A stretch of 64,000 nt of DNA from Bradymonadales bacterium (GTDB lineage: Bacteria; Bdellovibrionota; UBA2394): NCBI GenBank assembly GCA_007693605.1, contig REDG01000024.1, forward strand, positions 77,013 to 141,012. The letters run 5' to 3'. Made by a program: the position numbers and the translations under genes. Each line of letters opens with the position of its first letter. The stretch's first letter is position 1. Positions 9,811 to 19,047 of the stretch are shown here, in pieces. The notes beneath the pieces are model-generated. The model was not told where the DNA came from and made no database searches. It saw only the letters and a program-made list of their open reading frames with translations.

Positions 9811-10181
9811 CCCCCTCGAAGTCTGCAGTTTTTAGGGACTCGATCGAACTTTTTTCCGCCGGGGTCGGGAGACGGAAGTGCCAGACTAGTGGTCCAACCG
9901 GTAAATTGTTTAATTTTCTCAACTGCCACTCCCTCATTCCTCCCCAAAAAATCAAAAGAAGTTTTTAGGGGACTTATTTTTACTTTCTGGGGGACGGGCC
10001 CACCTATTGCATTGAGGCCTGAAACTGATTACCGCAGCGGAAGTGATTTTTTTGACAAATGAGATGTCGGTGCGGCTGTATTTCATAGAAAACAAAATGA
10101 GTTTTTAAGGGACTCATTTTGTTTTTTAGGCGGAGGTGAAACTGTTTGAACTGTAAAAAAATATCTGTGCAACCGACATCT
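9811..10181. repeat. Three hairpin units sharing the core AGTTTTTA(A/G)0-1GGGACT
   Basis: Cores start at 9827, 9960 and 10100 (spacing 133 and 140 nt). Copies 2 and 3 sit in clear inverted repeats (e.g. AAAACAAAATGAGT...ACTCATTTTGTTTT); the flanks of copy 1 are more degenerate. Confidence 0.65.
9886..9911. repeat. Dispersed REP/MITE-like arm CTAGTGGTCCAACCGGTAAA
   Basis: Near-identical to both arms of the palindrome at 19800-19863. Confidence 0.65.
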
Positions 10182-10369
10182 TGGGCAAAATTTTTGTTGA
10201 CAGGATTTTCTGAGCACTTTTTTTGATCTCGCAAATCAATTCAGAATACTAACTTTAATGGCTCTGTCTTTCGTCCTGAAAGCTCAGCCTTAGTCTGGAA
10301 TGAAAAAATTTAAATGCATGGCAATGCGTCTTATAGAGCGAACATACTCCAGTCAAGAAAGTCCATGTT

Positions 10370-11625
10370 ATGCTCAAGCCTATGAAAAGCATGAACTGCC
10401 AAGACAACCCCAATCAGATACTGACCGTGCCAGAGACATCCAATCTTCAGAAACTCCACTCCGACGACCTTCTTTCTTATACTCAAAAGCTCGCAGCCTC
10501 TGAGAGAAAAATCTATGCTGCCGTGATCGAGGCCCTTGAAGAAATCGAAAGGCGAAAGCTCTATCTCGCCAAGGGCTACTCTTCTCTTTTTCTGTTTTGC
10601 ACCGAAGTCTTGAAGTATTCCGCCGGAGCGGCACAGAGAAGAATCGAGAGCATGCGGCTGATTAAGAATTTCCCAAGGGCTCAGAAGACAGAGGTGAAAT
10701 CGAAGCTCCAAAAGGGAAGTCTTTCTCTTTCTCACTTAAGCCAAGTCTCTAAGGCCCTTCGGTCTCTCCCGCCCCAGAGCTGTCATGAAAAAATGCAGTT
10801 GCTGTCTCGCGTAGAAAACACCACCCAAAGGGACTGCCCCCAAACTCTCGATTTGGGAGTGGTGATGAAGGTCCAGATGCGAGAAGGCAAGGAGCGAGCA
10901 TCGCAGTGTGGTTATGATGCCACTCGAGAAGCGCAGCGACGCAGCCGACAAAGCAGATGGACCTTTAGCGACACTCCCATGAAGAGACTAAGGAGCTTCT
11001 AGAGAAATTCATGGGCCTAACGGCTCATCAGAACCCTTGGGCGAGTCGAGAGAAGGCCCTGAAGATTGCCCTGAAGTTAGCTCTTCAAGAAGTGGAGAAG
11101 AGGAAGCTGGGCGTGAGGGGGAAGAAGAAGGGGGCTAAGTCTAGAAATACGACAAAAGATGGGTCTCAAGCAGGGCCCGAGGGAAGGGCTTTGAGAGAAG
11201 CCGAGAGTTTACCGGGGGCAGATGCCGCAGTGGAAGTAAAAGCGAAGCCTTTGGGAGCGGAAGAGACTGGGGGCGTTGAATTTCAAGATCGGGAAAGACA
11301 TCGCAAAAGAAGGGCTACTTTGATGGAAGTTGCTACCGCTACGGAAGCTGTTTCTCCCGAGGAAAGGAAAGAAGTAAAGATTCAGCCCAAAAACAACCGA
11401 AGTCGGCACATTCCAACGGCTGTTCGAGCTGAGGTGTGGGAGAGGGATGGCGGGGCTTGTGTTTTTGTGGAGCCGGGATCGGGTAGGTCGTGTGGTTCGA
11501 CTTTTGGGCTGGAGTGGGATCATATTTTGGAGTTTTCGAGAGGGGGAGAGTCAAGCGAGGCGAATCTTCGGCTGCTTTGTCGGCAGCACAATAATGGGCG
11601 ACAACGATGGGAGAGACAAATCTGA
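10370..11625 (+). pseudogene. DUF222-like N-terminal domain + C-terminal HNH endonuclease, split by a frameshift near 10965-10980
   Basis: ORF1 (10370-11002): L.EIERRKLYLAKGYSSLF.FC...L.YS.GAAQRRI.SMRL; the -1 frame continues HEETKELLEKFMGLTAHQNPW into ORF2 (11011-11625), which ends SRHIP.AVR.EVWERDGG.C...C...LEWDHI...GG.S..NLRLLCRQHN. Confidence 0.75.
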
Positions 11626-11629
11626 ATGC

Positions 11630-11656
11630 GCTGAATGAATTTTTCGTTCGTTCGGC
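11630..11656. terminator. Hairpin between the convergent HNH and hypothetical genes
   Basis: GCTGAATGAA...TTCGTTCGGC pairs fully with G-U on the + strand; no clear U tract. Confidence 0.3.
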
Positions 11657-11717
11657 AGAAGAAGCTTCTCAACATGAGGGCTTTTACCTCAGTGGATTCT
11701 TCTGACACCTATCTGGG

Positions 11718-12314
11718 CTAAACTATTTCAACAAGTGAGAACCAGAGAAACAAGACGGGAATGCCCGCCACTCTGTAGTAGAACTTTCCAATGAGAGTTC
11801 CGTCCGGCGTTCTCCTTATCTCGTCTAAATAGGGTCTCTGTAAAACAGGAAGATTGGCCGGTACCGAATAATCTACGACCAGGCTGGCTCTATCGGAATC
11901 TTCATACATCTGAAAAGGCAGAATCTCGCCCCGTGCGGGCCAGTAGTTGATTCCTGAGTGAGAATCCGAATCAAATCGCATCTCAAAGAAGCGATTCCGT
12001 CTTGGAATCGGAAACTTCACTAAGTCGCCGAACCATCCGACATTCGCAATCAAAGCCCTAGACCCAATCACCGAAAAATTAACTTTCAGAACTTCTCCCA
12101 AGAATGTTCGGCCCACTAGATCTGCCGGCTCAATCAAACGGGCTGCGCCAAACAACCTCATGTATTCAGAGTTTTTCAGGTTCCACAGTCTTTGGGAGGG
12201 CGAATTCATCCCAGAGCCCGCAATGATGGCATCCAAACAGTAGGTCGAAGCACAAACTGAATTGGACAAGAGGGCGATCGAGCAAAATGAGAATCTTCTT
12301 AAGAAATTTTGCAC
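11718..12314 (-). CDS. Conserved hypothetical secreted protein
   Basis: Signal-peptide-like N-terminus; C-terminal D..SLVVDY...N......DEIR....G..IGK pattern recalls a widespread uncharacterised family. Confidence 0.6.
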   Translation of the reverse strand: MQNFLRRFSFCSIALLSNSVCASTYCLDAIIAGSGMNSPSQRLWNLKNSEYMRLFGAARLIEPADLVGRTFLGEVLKVNFSVIGSRALIANVGWFGDLVKFPIPRRNRFFEMRFDSDSHSGINYWPARGEILPFQMYEDSDRASLVVDYSVPANLPVLQRPYLDEIRRTPDGTLIGKFYYRVAGIPVLFLWFSLVEIV

Positions 12315-12417
12315 CGCCGCCTTTTAGCCTATCTTGGAGCCCTGTCAACCGGGCTCGGTTCACCGGAAGTTCGAAGCTGTTGAGTTTGCTAGCCGTTAAG
12401 CAGACCATGAATCCGGC

Positions 12418-15400
12418 TTAAAGCCCCAAGATATCTCTTGCTTCGTCGCCCAAGAATTCTTGGGAATCGGGATCGATCTTTATAAGCTTCTCCAACAGCG
12501 CCTTCCATCGAGCTTCCTGAGGGCCCGCAGAAAAATACTCCAATGCATATTGCTGCTCCAAAAGCGCTCCCACAGGCCCGGGGGCGTAGGACATCATTTC
12601 GATAAGAAGCTCATCAATCCCTTCAGCACGGAAAAGGCCCTTTGTCTCAAATACTTCCTGAAACCTTCGTGGCTGGGTTCGAACCAATGTTCTCAGCTCC
12701 TGCTTTTGTTGTTCGGTCAAAACAATTTGTTCTTCCGAAAAATTGTTGATTCTCTCCAATCGTTCTCTCTCTTGACGCCTAAGCTCTGCCTCTTGTTCCC
12801 TTCTCTTCGCTTCCTCGCGCCTCTTAGCAAGATCTTGGTCATAGGCCCTTTTAGCCTCCCTAACCTGAGCATCAAAGGCCTCAAACTGCGGCAGACTCTC
12901 AAGCTCGTCATTCTTATTGGACCGAATAGCTTGATAACTTGTAATCAGTGAAGCCGAACCTGGAAAGGCTGGCGGGTGGCCGTGTTTTTCAAGAGTCTCC
13001 ATATACCTTCTTATCCGCGTTACCGGATCACTCACCGTATCGGCCTCCAGTATCGACAGCTCGTAGTAAAGCTTGGCATCCGGCGAAAGAGTCGCCAGCT
13101 CCTCTCGTGAAAGTATGAAGCGCTTCTTTATGCGAGTCACCAAAAAGTAATTGTGCTTGTCCGGTAGCCTGATAAACGGAAGTCTTTCAATCGGGTGATT
13201 TTTAGCATATCGATTCCAGTCTGAGGCGAAAGCCCCAATCTGCCAAAGAGCTTCGTAGAAGCTGTCCATGAAATCCTCCCCCAAAATCTCCAAAAGTTGA
13301 TCGTAAACACCACCAGAACCAGGGTAGGCATACTTTAGGCGCAGATGTTCGACATAGCGGTACACTTCAGTATTTCGATATCTAGATGCCAGCTCAGACA
13401 TTTCAATATTCGGTTCTCGTTGAAGCGTAACTGACAGCCACAAGATAAAACCATCCACGGTCCTGTCTGAAAGCTTCTGACTATTACGGAAGGACTTTAG
13501 GGCTTGTAAGGCATTGTCGTTCAAATGGCTTTTGAATTCAACATCAGCCAACACGGCCGTGATTGAACTCCTTGAAGCTGCTGCACTCTCCCTAAAAAAC
13601 TCAGATATCGCCGAGTAAGCAATCTCTGGATTTACTCGTTGAATCAATCTATTGAAGCTTCTGGCTTCAGCAAGGGCCAAGCTGTCCATAGGTTTACCAG
13701 CCCCATCGAGATAGCCCTCTTCCTGAAGCAACAACAGCAAGTCCTCAGAAGCATTCTCTAGAAACCTCGATTCCTTGTACTTTAAAGCAATCTGATTTCT
13801 TAGCGCACTCGGCAGTCTACTGCGGGGAGGGAGAATAATCGGATCGCCTGCCTCCAAAAGCTCCTCAATATACTGATTGGCAAGGAGTGCTACCCCTACC
13901 CCTCCTCTTCCTCTATCCTGAATCAGCTTCAGGGCGGCTCTACCTGCTGCGTTTAGTTCACTAAGAAAGGCTTCTTCTTCCATATACTGCCGCACCTGGC
14001 GCCGAAGCCTGCCCTCGGAGTCTCGACCTCTTGGGGCTCTCACTCGGCCTTCCTCCAGTGAAATATTCAGTGCAAAGGTGTTTAGCTCGCGCGCCACCCC
14101 TATAGGCGAAGTCTTGGCATCTGAGCCCCAGAACAGTTGAAGCTCCTTTTCAAATTTTTCCAGCCAAGCTCGATACTCAGCCTCTGTCAAAGGAAGCTGA
14201 TCTAAGGCGCTCAAGAAGGGGTCCATCTCAGCCTCAGTTCCAGCATCATCAGCAGAGGCAGCCACGGACGGATATCCACCGGCTACAGTCTCAAACTCAT
14301 TCTCGTGTTCAAAAACTCGACGGTGGTCAGGGTTAAGAAGCTGGCTCGCCACCAAGATCATATCTCGCAACCGCCGCTCGTCAATTTCCATGAAGGACAC
14401 GACTTCGACCCCCTCTTTGCCCTCATAGAGTCGCAAAACTCGACCCAAGCGCTGTAAAAACTGACGGGGAGCAATATTACGATTGAGGTCGACATACAAA
14501 GTCATGTCCGGAATATTGACTCCCTCGTCCAACATCCCAACGACGACCAAGAAGTCAATTTTTCCCTGCCTAAAGTCTGAGAGAATGAGGTCTGCGTTCT
14601 GTAGCTGAGAATGAAGAACCTCAAATCTTCGTTCAGGCACCACCGCCCGAAGCTCCTCGGTCATGGCTTCGGCCTCGTTAATGTTAGCCGCCGCCACAAA
14701 GCCGCGGCTATGCTTGTGAAACAGGGGACGAAGACCCCGAGCTACTCTTTGTCGATAGAGAGGATTGATTTGATGTCGCCCCCTCTCAGCGCCGATTGCC
14801 GAACCTAGGGCAACAAAGAATTCAGTCTCCGATTCAGTGTTACGAAGAAAGCTCGTTGCTCTTAGAAGGTGAACGCGATCAAAAGAACTCAGATCACCCG
14901 CCTTAATAGCAGACGCAAGTTGTGAGACCACACTATCTACCGAACGAAACAATCCATCGCTTCCATCCTTGAGAAAGTCTTCAGCTCGGTCTTCGTAGGC
15001 CCAAAATGCTTGGTTTCCAAAGAGATCTGCAATGTCGGTTTCTCGATGAAGAGGAGTTGCCGTTGTGCCGTAGAAAAACATCCTGTTATTACTCTGAGAA
15101 ACGAGATCTTGAAGAACGGGAACGATTCCCTCCGCACCGGCGTGATGAGCCTCATCATACACAAGTGTCGCCAGAGCCCCCGCCATGAGACTCGTTCGTG
15201 ATTCCACTTGTTCAGGATCGCCGAGCATCGATGCTTTAAAACTCTGAGTCGTCGTCAGCAAAATGATCGGCACATCCGAAGCCTCCACGAGCTCGAGAAG
15301 CTCTTCGATGCTCTGTCGGCCGTACTCATCTCCCCAACGAAGAATCTTGAATTCTCCACCCGCCTCATTTCGGCCCTGCAAAGAGCGCTTCAGATCTTCA

Positions 15401-16230
15401 GCATCAGCCTGAAGTTGTGCGACGAGACTATTCTGATCGGCAAGCACCAAATGAAGTCTGCGATCCGCTTCTAACAAGCGTCGCATCAAAACCCGCTTCA
15501 AAACTTCTGTCTTGCCTGTCCCCGTGGGTGCTACAAACAAAAAGCGATTGAAAGACCCGCTCTCGGTTGCTGCCACTTGAGCAAAGCGATCAAGCTGACC
15601 CTGAACGGCCTTATCGGCTTCTACTTGAACGCCTTTGAGAATAAAATCCGGTTCACCCAATTGACCGCGCTCTTTAACCGCTCGACTCGAGTACAAATGA
15701 GGGTGCAGATTGTGCCCCTCAAAAAGCCTCCGAATCAGATTAGACATTCGAACATCATCATAGAGAAAGTCATAGTCTTCGTAAATTTTGAGGGTAATCT
15801 CGTGAGGGGAAGAAGAAATCTCTGGCAAAGCATACCCCGGCACAAAAAGAAATCTCACATCTTTCGACAAGTCACCAAAGTTCGTGAAAACAACACAATT
15901 CTCCTCGACGCGACATGGTCGAGGAGTTTCTAGACCACTCATGATCAGGCGCCTGCCCACGACGGGCATCACTACCTTGGTAATGAGTTCGCGTTGCCTG
16001 TCACTCAAACTGGCTAGCGAAGAATGTGGGTGCCTATCTATGAGATCCGAAAGGATTTTGTGGCAGGCTTCTGGGCTCAGCAAATGATTAGCTAAGCCGA
16101 ATTGTTTGAACTGAGATGACCCCGCACCCTCCCCCGCATCATGGGCGAAGATTTGCTGACCAACAAAAAAACAGCCCATCATCAGCAGAAGGCTTGTGAA
16201 AAAAAGCAGTCTGGCTCTATCTAGTCTCAT
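12418..16230 (-). CDS. SF2 DEAH-box helicase (type III restriction Res-like core) with an N-terminal signal peptide and a long helical C-terminus
   Basis: APTGTGKT, YDEAHH, GTTATP, MLDEGVNIP, QRLGRVLR; N-terminus MRLDRAR-LLFFTSLLLMMGCFFV-GQQIFA. Confidence 0.85.
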   Translation of the reverse strand: MRLDRARLLFFTSLLLMMGCFFVGQQIFAHDAGEGAGSSQFKQFGLANHLLSPEACHKILSDLIDRHPHSSLASLSDRQRELITKVVMPVVGRRLIMSGLETPRPCRVEENCVVFTNFGDLSKDVRFLFVPGYALPEISSSPHEITLKIYEDYDFLYDDVRMSNLIRRLFEGHNLHPHLYSSRAVKERGQLGEPDFILKGVQVEADKAVQGQLDRFAQVAATESGSFNRFLFVAPTGTGKTEVLKRVLMRRLLEADRRLHLVLADQNSLVAQLQADAEDLKRSLQGRNEAGGEFKILRWGDEYGRQSIEELLELVEASDVPIILLTTTQSFKASMLGDPEQVESRTSLMAGALATLVYDEAHHAGAEGIVPVLQDLVSQSNNRMFFYGTTATPLHRETDIADLFGNQAFWAYEDRAEDFLKDGSDGLFRSVDSVVSQLASAIKAGDLSSFDRVHLLRATSFLRNTESETEFFVALGSAIGAERGRHQINPLYRQRVARGLRPLFHKHSRGFVAAANINEAEAMTEELRAVVPERRFEVLHSQLQNADLILSDFRQGKIDFLVVVGMLDEGVNIPDMTLYVDLNRNIAPRQFLQRLGRVLRLYEGKEGVEVVSFMEIDERRLRDMILVASQLLNPDHRRVFEHENEFETVAGGYPSVAASADDAGTEAEMDPFLSALDQLPLTEAEYRAWLEKFEKELQLFWGSDAKTSPIGVARELNTFALNISLEEGRVRAPRGRDSEGRLRRQVRQYMEEEAFLSELNAAGRAALKLIQDRGRGGVGVALLANQYIEELLEAGDPIILPPRSRLPSALRNQIALKYKESRFLENASEDLLLLLQEEGYLDGAGKPMDSLALAEARSFNRLIQRVNPEIAYSAISEFFRESAAASRSSITAVLADVEFKSHLNDNALQALKSFRNSQKLSDRTVDGFILWLSVTLQREPNIEMSELASRYRNTEVYRYVEHLRLKYAYPGSGGVYDQLLEILGEDFMDSFYEALWQIGAFASDWNRYAKNHPIERLPFIRLPDKHNYFLVTRIKKRFILSREELATLSPDAKLYYELSILEADTVSDPVTRIRRYMETLEKHGHPPAFPGSASLITSYQAIRSNKNDELESLPQFEAFDAQVREAKRAYDQDLAKRREEAKRREQEAELRRQERERLERINNFSEEQIVLTEQQKQELRTLVRTQPRRFQEVFETKGLFRAEGIDELLIEMMSYAPGPVGALLEQQYALEYFSAGPQEARWKALLEKLIKIDPDSQEFLGDEARDILGL

Positions 16231-16560
16231 TCCTCTAGCGCGTCCGTCCTCAAGGTCCTCAAGTTTTGTACGAAGAGAGAGCCTTAGCTCAAACTAGCCT
16301 TCCCTACAACGGCTCAAGGCAAAGAAATTGCTGATTTGACGGCAGCGTTCTAGACAGCGAGAAACACTTCGAAAAATATGGCTTAAGTCACTGTAGTTAT
16401 TGACAATTCTGAGTTGCTCCCGTCTTCCGAAACGAGCCGAGTAAAGCTGACCTAGCGCCTCTACTCTAACTGCAAGGAAAGCGGGGTCTTGGGGCTGTCA
16501 AAGTGATCTTGGGCTCTCGGTTTTGACATTCTGAGTAAAAAGATCTAGCCATTCTGAGCA

Positions 16561-17487
16561 ATGTTTTTTTTCCCCTTCTTACTGAGCCTGAGTAGTGTTT
16601 ATTCCGTAGAGGCGGCACCTGTCGAGGAAAAAACCAGGGTCGCTGTTTCGATTCGCCCGCTTCAACTGATCTTACAAGAGATCGTAGATGAAAATTTTGA
16701 AATTCAACTCGTGGCGAGCCCTGGCAGCTCTCCCCACACTTTTGAGCCAAGCGCGAGAGACCGGCGAAGACTGGCCGATGCGGACCTCGTCCTCTTTGTC
16801 TCTCCTGATTTAGATCCTTGGATGAAACGGCTCAGTCCTAGTGCGATCGATGTCATTCAGGGGCTGAGTCGATCGGATCGACTGATGACAAGAGCCCATC
16901 ATCACCATCATGGTCATGATCATAGTCATGAAAACGAAGGCTCAGGGCATCACCATCACGGACATTCTCATCAACGAGTGGTGGACCCTCACTTTTGGAT
17001 GAACCCTCAAACTGTAAAAAGTTTGCTGCCAAAAATTGTCGAAGAGCTTTGTCGAGTGAGGGCCGCTTCTTGTGACGAGTTAAAGAAGAGAAGTTCTCAG
17101 TTCGAAGCGAAACTTGACGCTCTTCATGCCGACGCCTCAGAACGCCTCAGGGCTTTTCGAAATAGGTCTGTCATGACAGCACATGATTTTCTGGGCTACT
17201 TCTGTCGATCCTTTCGATTGCGTTGTGAGGAGTCTGTCGAAGCCATACCCGGAAAAGAGCCCAGCCCCCGAGATGTCATCCGCCTCTCTCGATTGGCAAG
17301 AGATCGAAAACTGCGATTTATCTATAGTGAGCCACAACTGTCTCAACAAGCGGTTGAGGCCATTGCGAGAGAAGCAGGCCTTCAGGTTAAAGTCTTAGAC
17401 CCCATCGGTCTGAGCCCCGAAATCCAGTCTTACGAAAATCTTTTTCAATTTAATCTAAACCAAATTGTTTTGGGCTTCTCTGAGTGA
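16561..17487 (+). CDS. znuA: Zn/metal ABC transporter substrate-binding protein
   Basis: SPHTFEP, His-rich loop HHHHHGHDHSH...HHHHGHSH, DPHFW, HDFLGYF, LDPIG; signal peptide. Confidence 0.9.
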   Translation: MFFFPFLLSLSSVYSVEAAPVEEKTRVAVSIRPLQLILQEIVDENFEIQLVASPGSSPHTFEPSARDRRRLADADLVLFVSPDLDPWMKRLSPSAIDVIQGLSRSDRLMTRAHHHHHGHDHSHENEGSGHHHHGHSHQRVVDPHFWMNPQTVKSLLPKIVEELCRVRAASCDELKKRSSQFEAKLDALHADASERLRAFRNRSVMTAHDFLGYFCRSFRLRCEESVEAIPGKEPSPRDVIRLSRLARDRKLRFIYSEPQLSQQAVEAIAREAGLQVKVLDPIGLSPEIQSYENLFQFNLNQIVLGFSE

Positions 17488-18206
17488 ACCTGATTGAAGC
17501 GAAGAACCTCAGTTTAAAGATCGGACGGAACCCAATCCTGTCAGACCTGAACTTCAGCGTGCCAGACCATAGCTTTTTCTGCATCTTGGGACCCAATGGG
17601 GCCGGAAAGTCGATGCTGATTAAATTGATCTTGGGACTTTTTGAAGCCTCGGCGGGCAGCCTAAAAGTCTTCGATCAAAGCCCCGCTCAAGTGCCGGCTG
17701 AATGGGTTGGCTATGTTCCTCAGATCAAAACTTTTGACCGAAGCTTTCCGGGGCTGTCGACCGAACTCGTGATTAGTGGTGAGCTTGGCCGATGGCCGGC
17801 CCGAATGACATCCGCACAACGAGCAAAAGCCAGAGAGGCCCTCAAGATGGTCGGCGCCGAAAGCTTAGAAGATCGCAGCCTCCATCAGTTGTCTGGGGGC
17901 GAACTTCAACGCGTCTTTTTGGCGAGAGCCTTCATTCTACCCAGACGACTTCTCATCTTAGATGAACCTGCCACAGGAATTGACACTCTCGGAGAGGCTG
18001 ACCTTTATTCCCTCTTAGAAGAATACGGCAAAAGAAACTCCTGCAATATCATCATGATCACTCATGATGTGGATGTGGCTCGCCATCATGCGAGCCATGT
18101 CCTTCTTTTAAACCATCGTCAGATTCAATTTAGTGATCGAGACTCAGGTCTCAGCGAAGAACAGCTCGAAAGAGCCTTTGGTCACTCTCAACACCATCAT
18201 GCTTGA
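17484..18206 (+). CDS. znuC: Metal ABC transporter ATP-binding protein
   Basis: GPNGAGKS, GYVPQ, LSGGELQR, LILDEP. Confidence 0.9.
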   Translation: MNLIEAKNLSLKIGRNPILSDLNFSVPDHSFFCILGPNGAGKSMLIKLILGLFEASAGSLKVFDQSPAQVPAEWVGYVPQIKTFDRSFPGLSTELVISGELGRWPARMTSAQRAKAREALKMVGAESLEDRSLHQLSGGELQRVFLARAFILPRRLLILDEPATGIDTLGEADLYSLLEEYGKRNSCNIIMITHDVDVARHHASHVLLLNHRQIQFSDRDSGLSEEQLERAFGHSQHHHA

Positions 18207-19002
18207 ACTCCTTCAATATCGATTCATTCAGTACGCCATCGTCGGCTCTGTTCTGGTGGGCTTCCTTTGCAGCTACTTTTCTGTATTCATCGTCCAGAGA
18301 CGAATGAGTTTTTTGGGAAGTGGACTCTCTCATGCCACCTTTGGAGGGGTTGCTCTGGGTCTACTCTTAGGGGTCAACCCTCTGTGGGCAGCGACCCCCT
18401 TCACTCTTCTGGTCGCCCTCGGAATCACCTGGATTCGTCAAAAGTCTCGTTTGCATGTTGATGCCGTCGTAGGCGTATTGTTCTCCGTCTCGATGGCCTT
18501 GGGCATTGTGTTTCTCTCACTTCGTAAAGAGTACTCGGCAGATGCCATGACTTATCTTTTTGGATCTATTCTTGCGATTGATGCCTCCGATATTTGGATG
18601 AGTGCCGCGCTTGTGGGTCTTTGTTTGGCTTGCTTTCCACTTTGGGGCGCTTGGGCTTACTCAAGCTTCGACCGAGAGCTCGCCCTGGCTGGCCGCCGAC
18701 CCGTCCAACGAGAGGACTATATTCTCATCTTTCTGATTGCCCTGAGCGTCGTTGTCGCAGTGAAGGTTCTGGGAATCATTCTTCTGGCCGCCTTTTTAGT
18801 GATCCCCGGGGCGAGTGCCCGACTGATCTCTCGAACTTTTTTCCAAATGACTCTCTGGAGCATTCTATTCGGGGTCAGCTCCAGTCTATCGGGCATCTTT
18901 CTTTCCTATTATCTCGATCTCCCAAGTGGGGCGAGCATCATCCTCGTCCAAACGGCCTTTTTCGGGCTCGCTTTCTTTCTCCGAAAACGGGAGTCCGCTT
19001 GA
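18199..19002 (+). CDS. znuB: Metal ABC transporter permease
   Basis: RRMSFLG.GLSH..FGG, YLFGSIL, GIILL.A.LVIP; ATG 18199 overlaps the end of znuC. Confidence 0.9.
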   Translation: MLELLQYRFIQYAIVGSVLVGFLCSYFSVFIVQRRMSFLGSGLSHATFGGVALGLLLGVNPLWAATPFTLLVALGITWIRQKSRLHVDAVVGVLFSVSMALGIVFLSLRKEYSADAMTYLFGSILAIDASDIWMSAALVGLCLACFPLWGAWAYSSFDRELALAGRRPVQREDYILIFLIALSVVVAVKVLGIILLAAFLVIPGASARLISRTFFQMTLWSILFGVSSSLSGIFLSYYLDLPSGASIILVQTAFFGLAFFLRKRESA

Positions 19003-19047
19003 GATAATTCCGAGTTAGAATATGATGACTGAGGAGTAAACAGACCC

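Noticed and set aside
9811..10181. CRISPR array or integron attC array
   Set aside because: The conserved core is only 14-15 nt with about 120-nt intervals, there are no cas or integrase genes, and no attC end boxes or cassette ORFs are evident.
9766..10503. Short ORFs in the intergenic hairpin region, and the many short antisense or nested ORFs elsewhere in the track
   Set aside because: No recognisable motifs or RBS, and most overlap well-supported genes; treated as shadow ORFs.
10370..11625. IscB/Cas9-like RNA-guided nuclease
   Set aside because: No RuvC motifs or PLMP N-terminus seen; only a C-terminal HNH.
16171..16185. Lipobox in the helicase (LMMGC)
   Set aside because: Non-canonical residues before Cys and a plausible SPI site (QIFA) follows; not excluded without a predictor.
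16317..16331. Sigma54 promoter AGGCAAAGAAATTGC on the + strand
   Set aside because: GG-N10-GC spacing fits but the -24 box is weak, it is about 230 nt from znuA, and a closer sigma70-like promoter exists.
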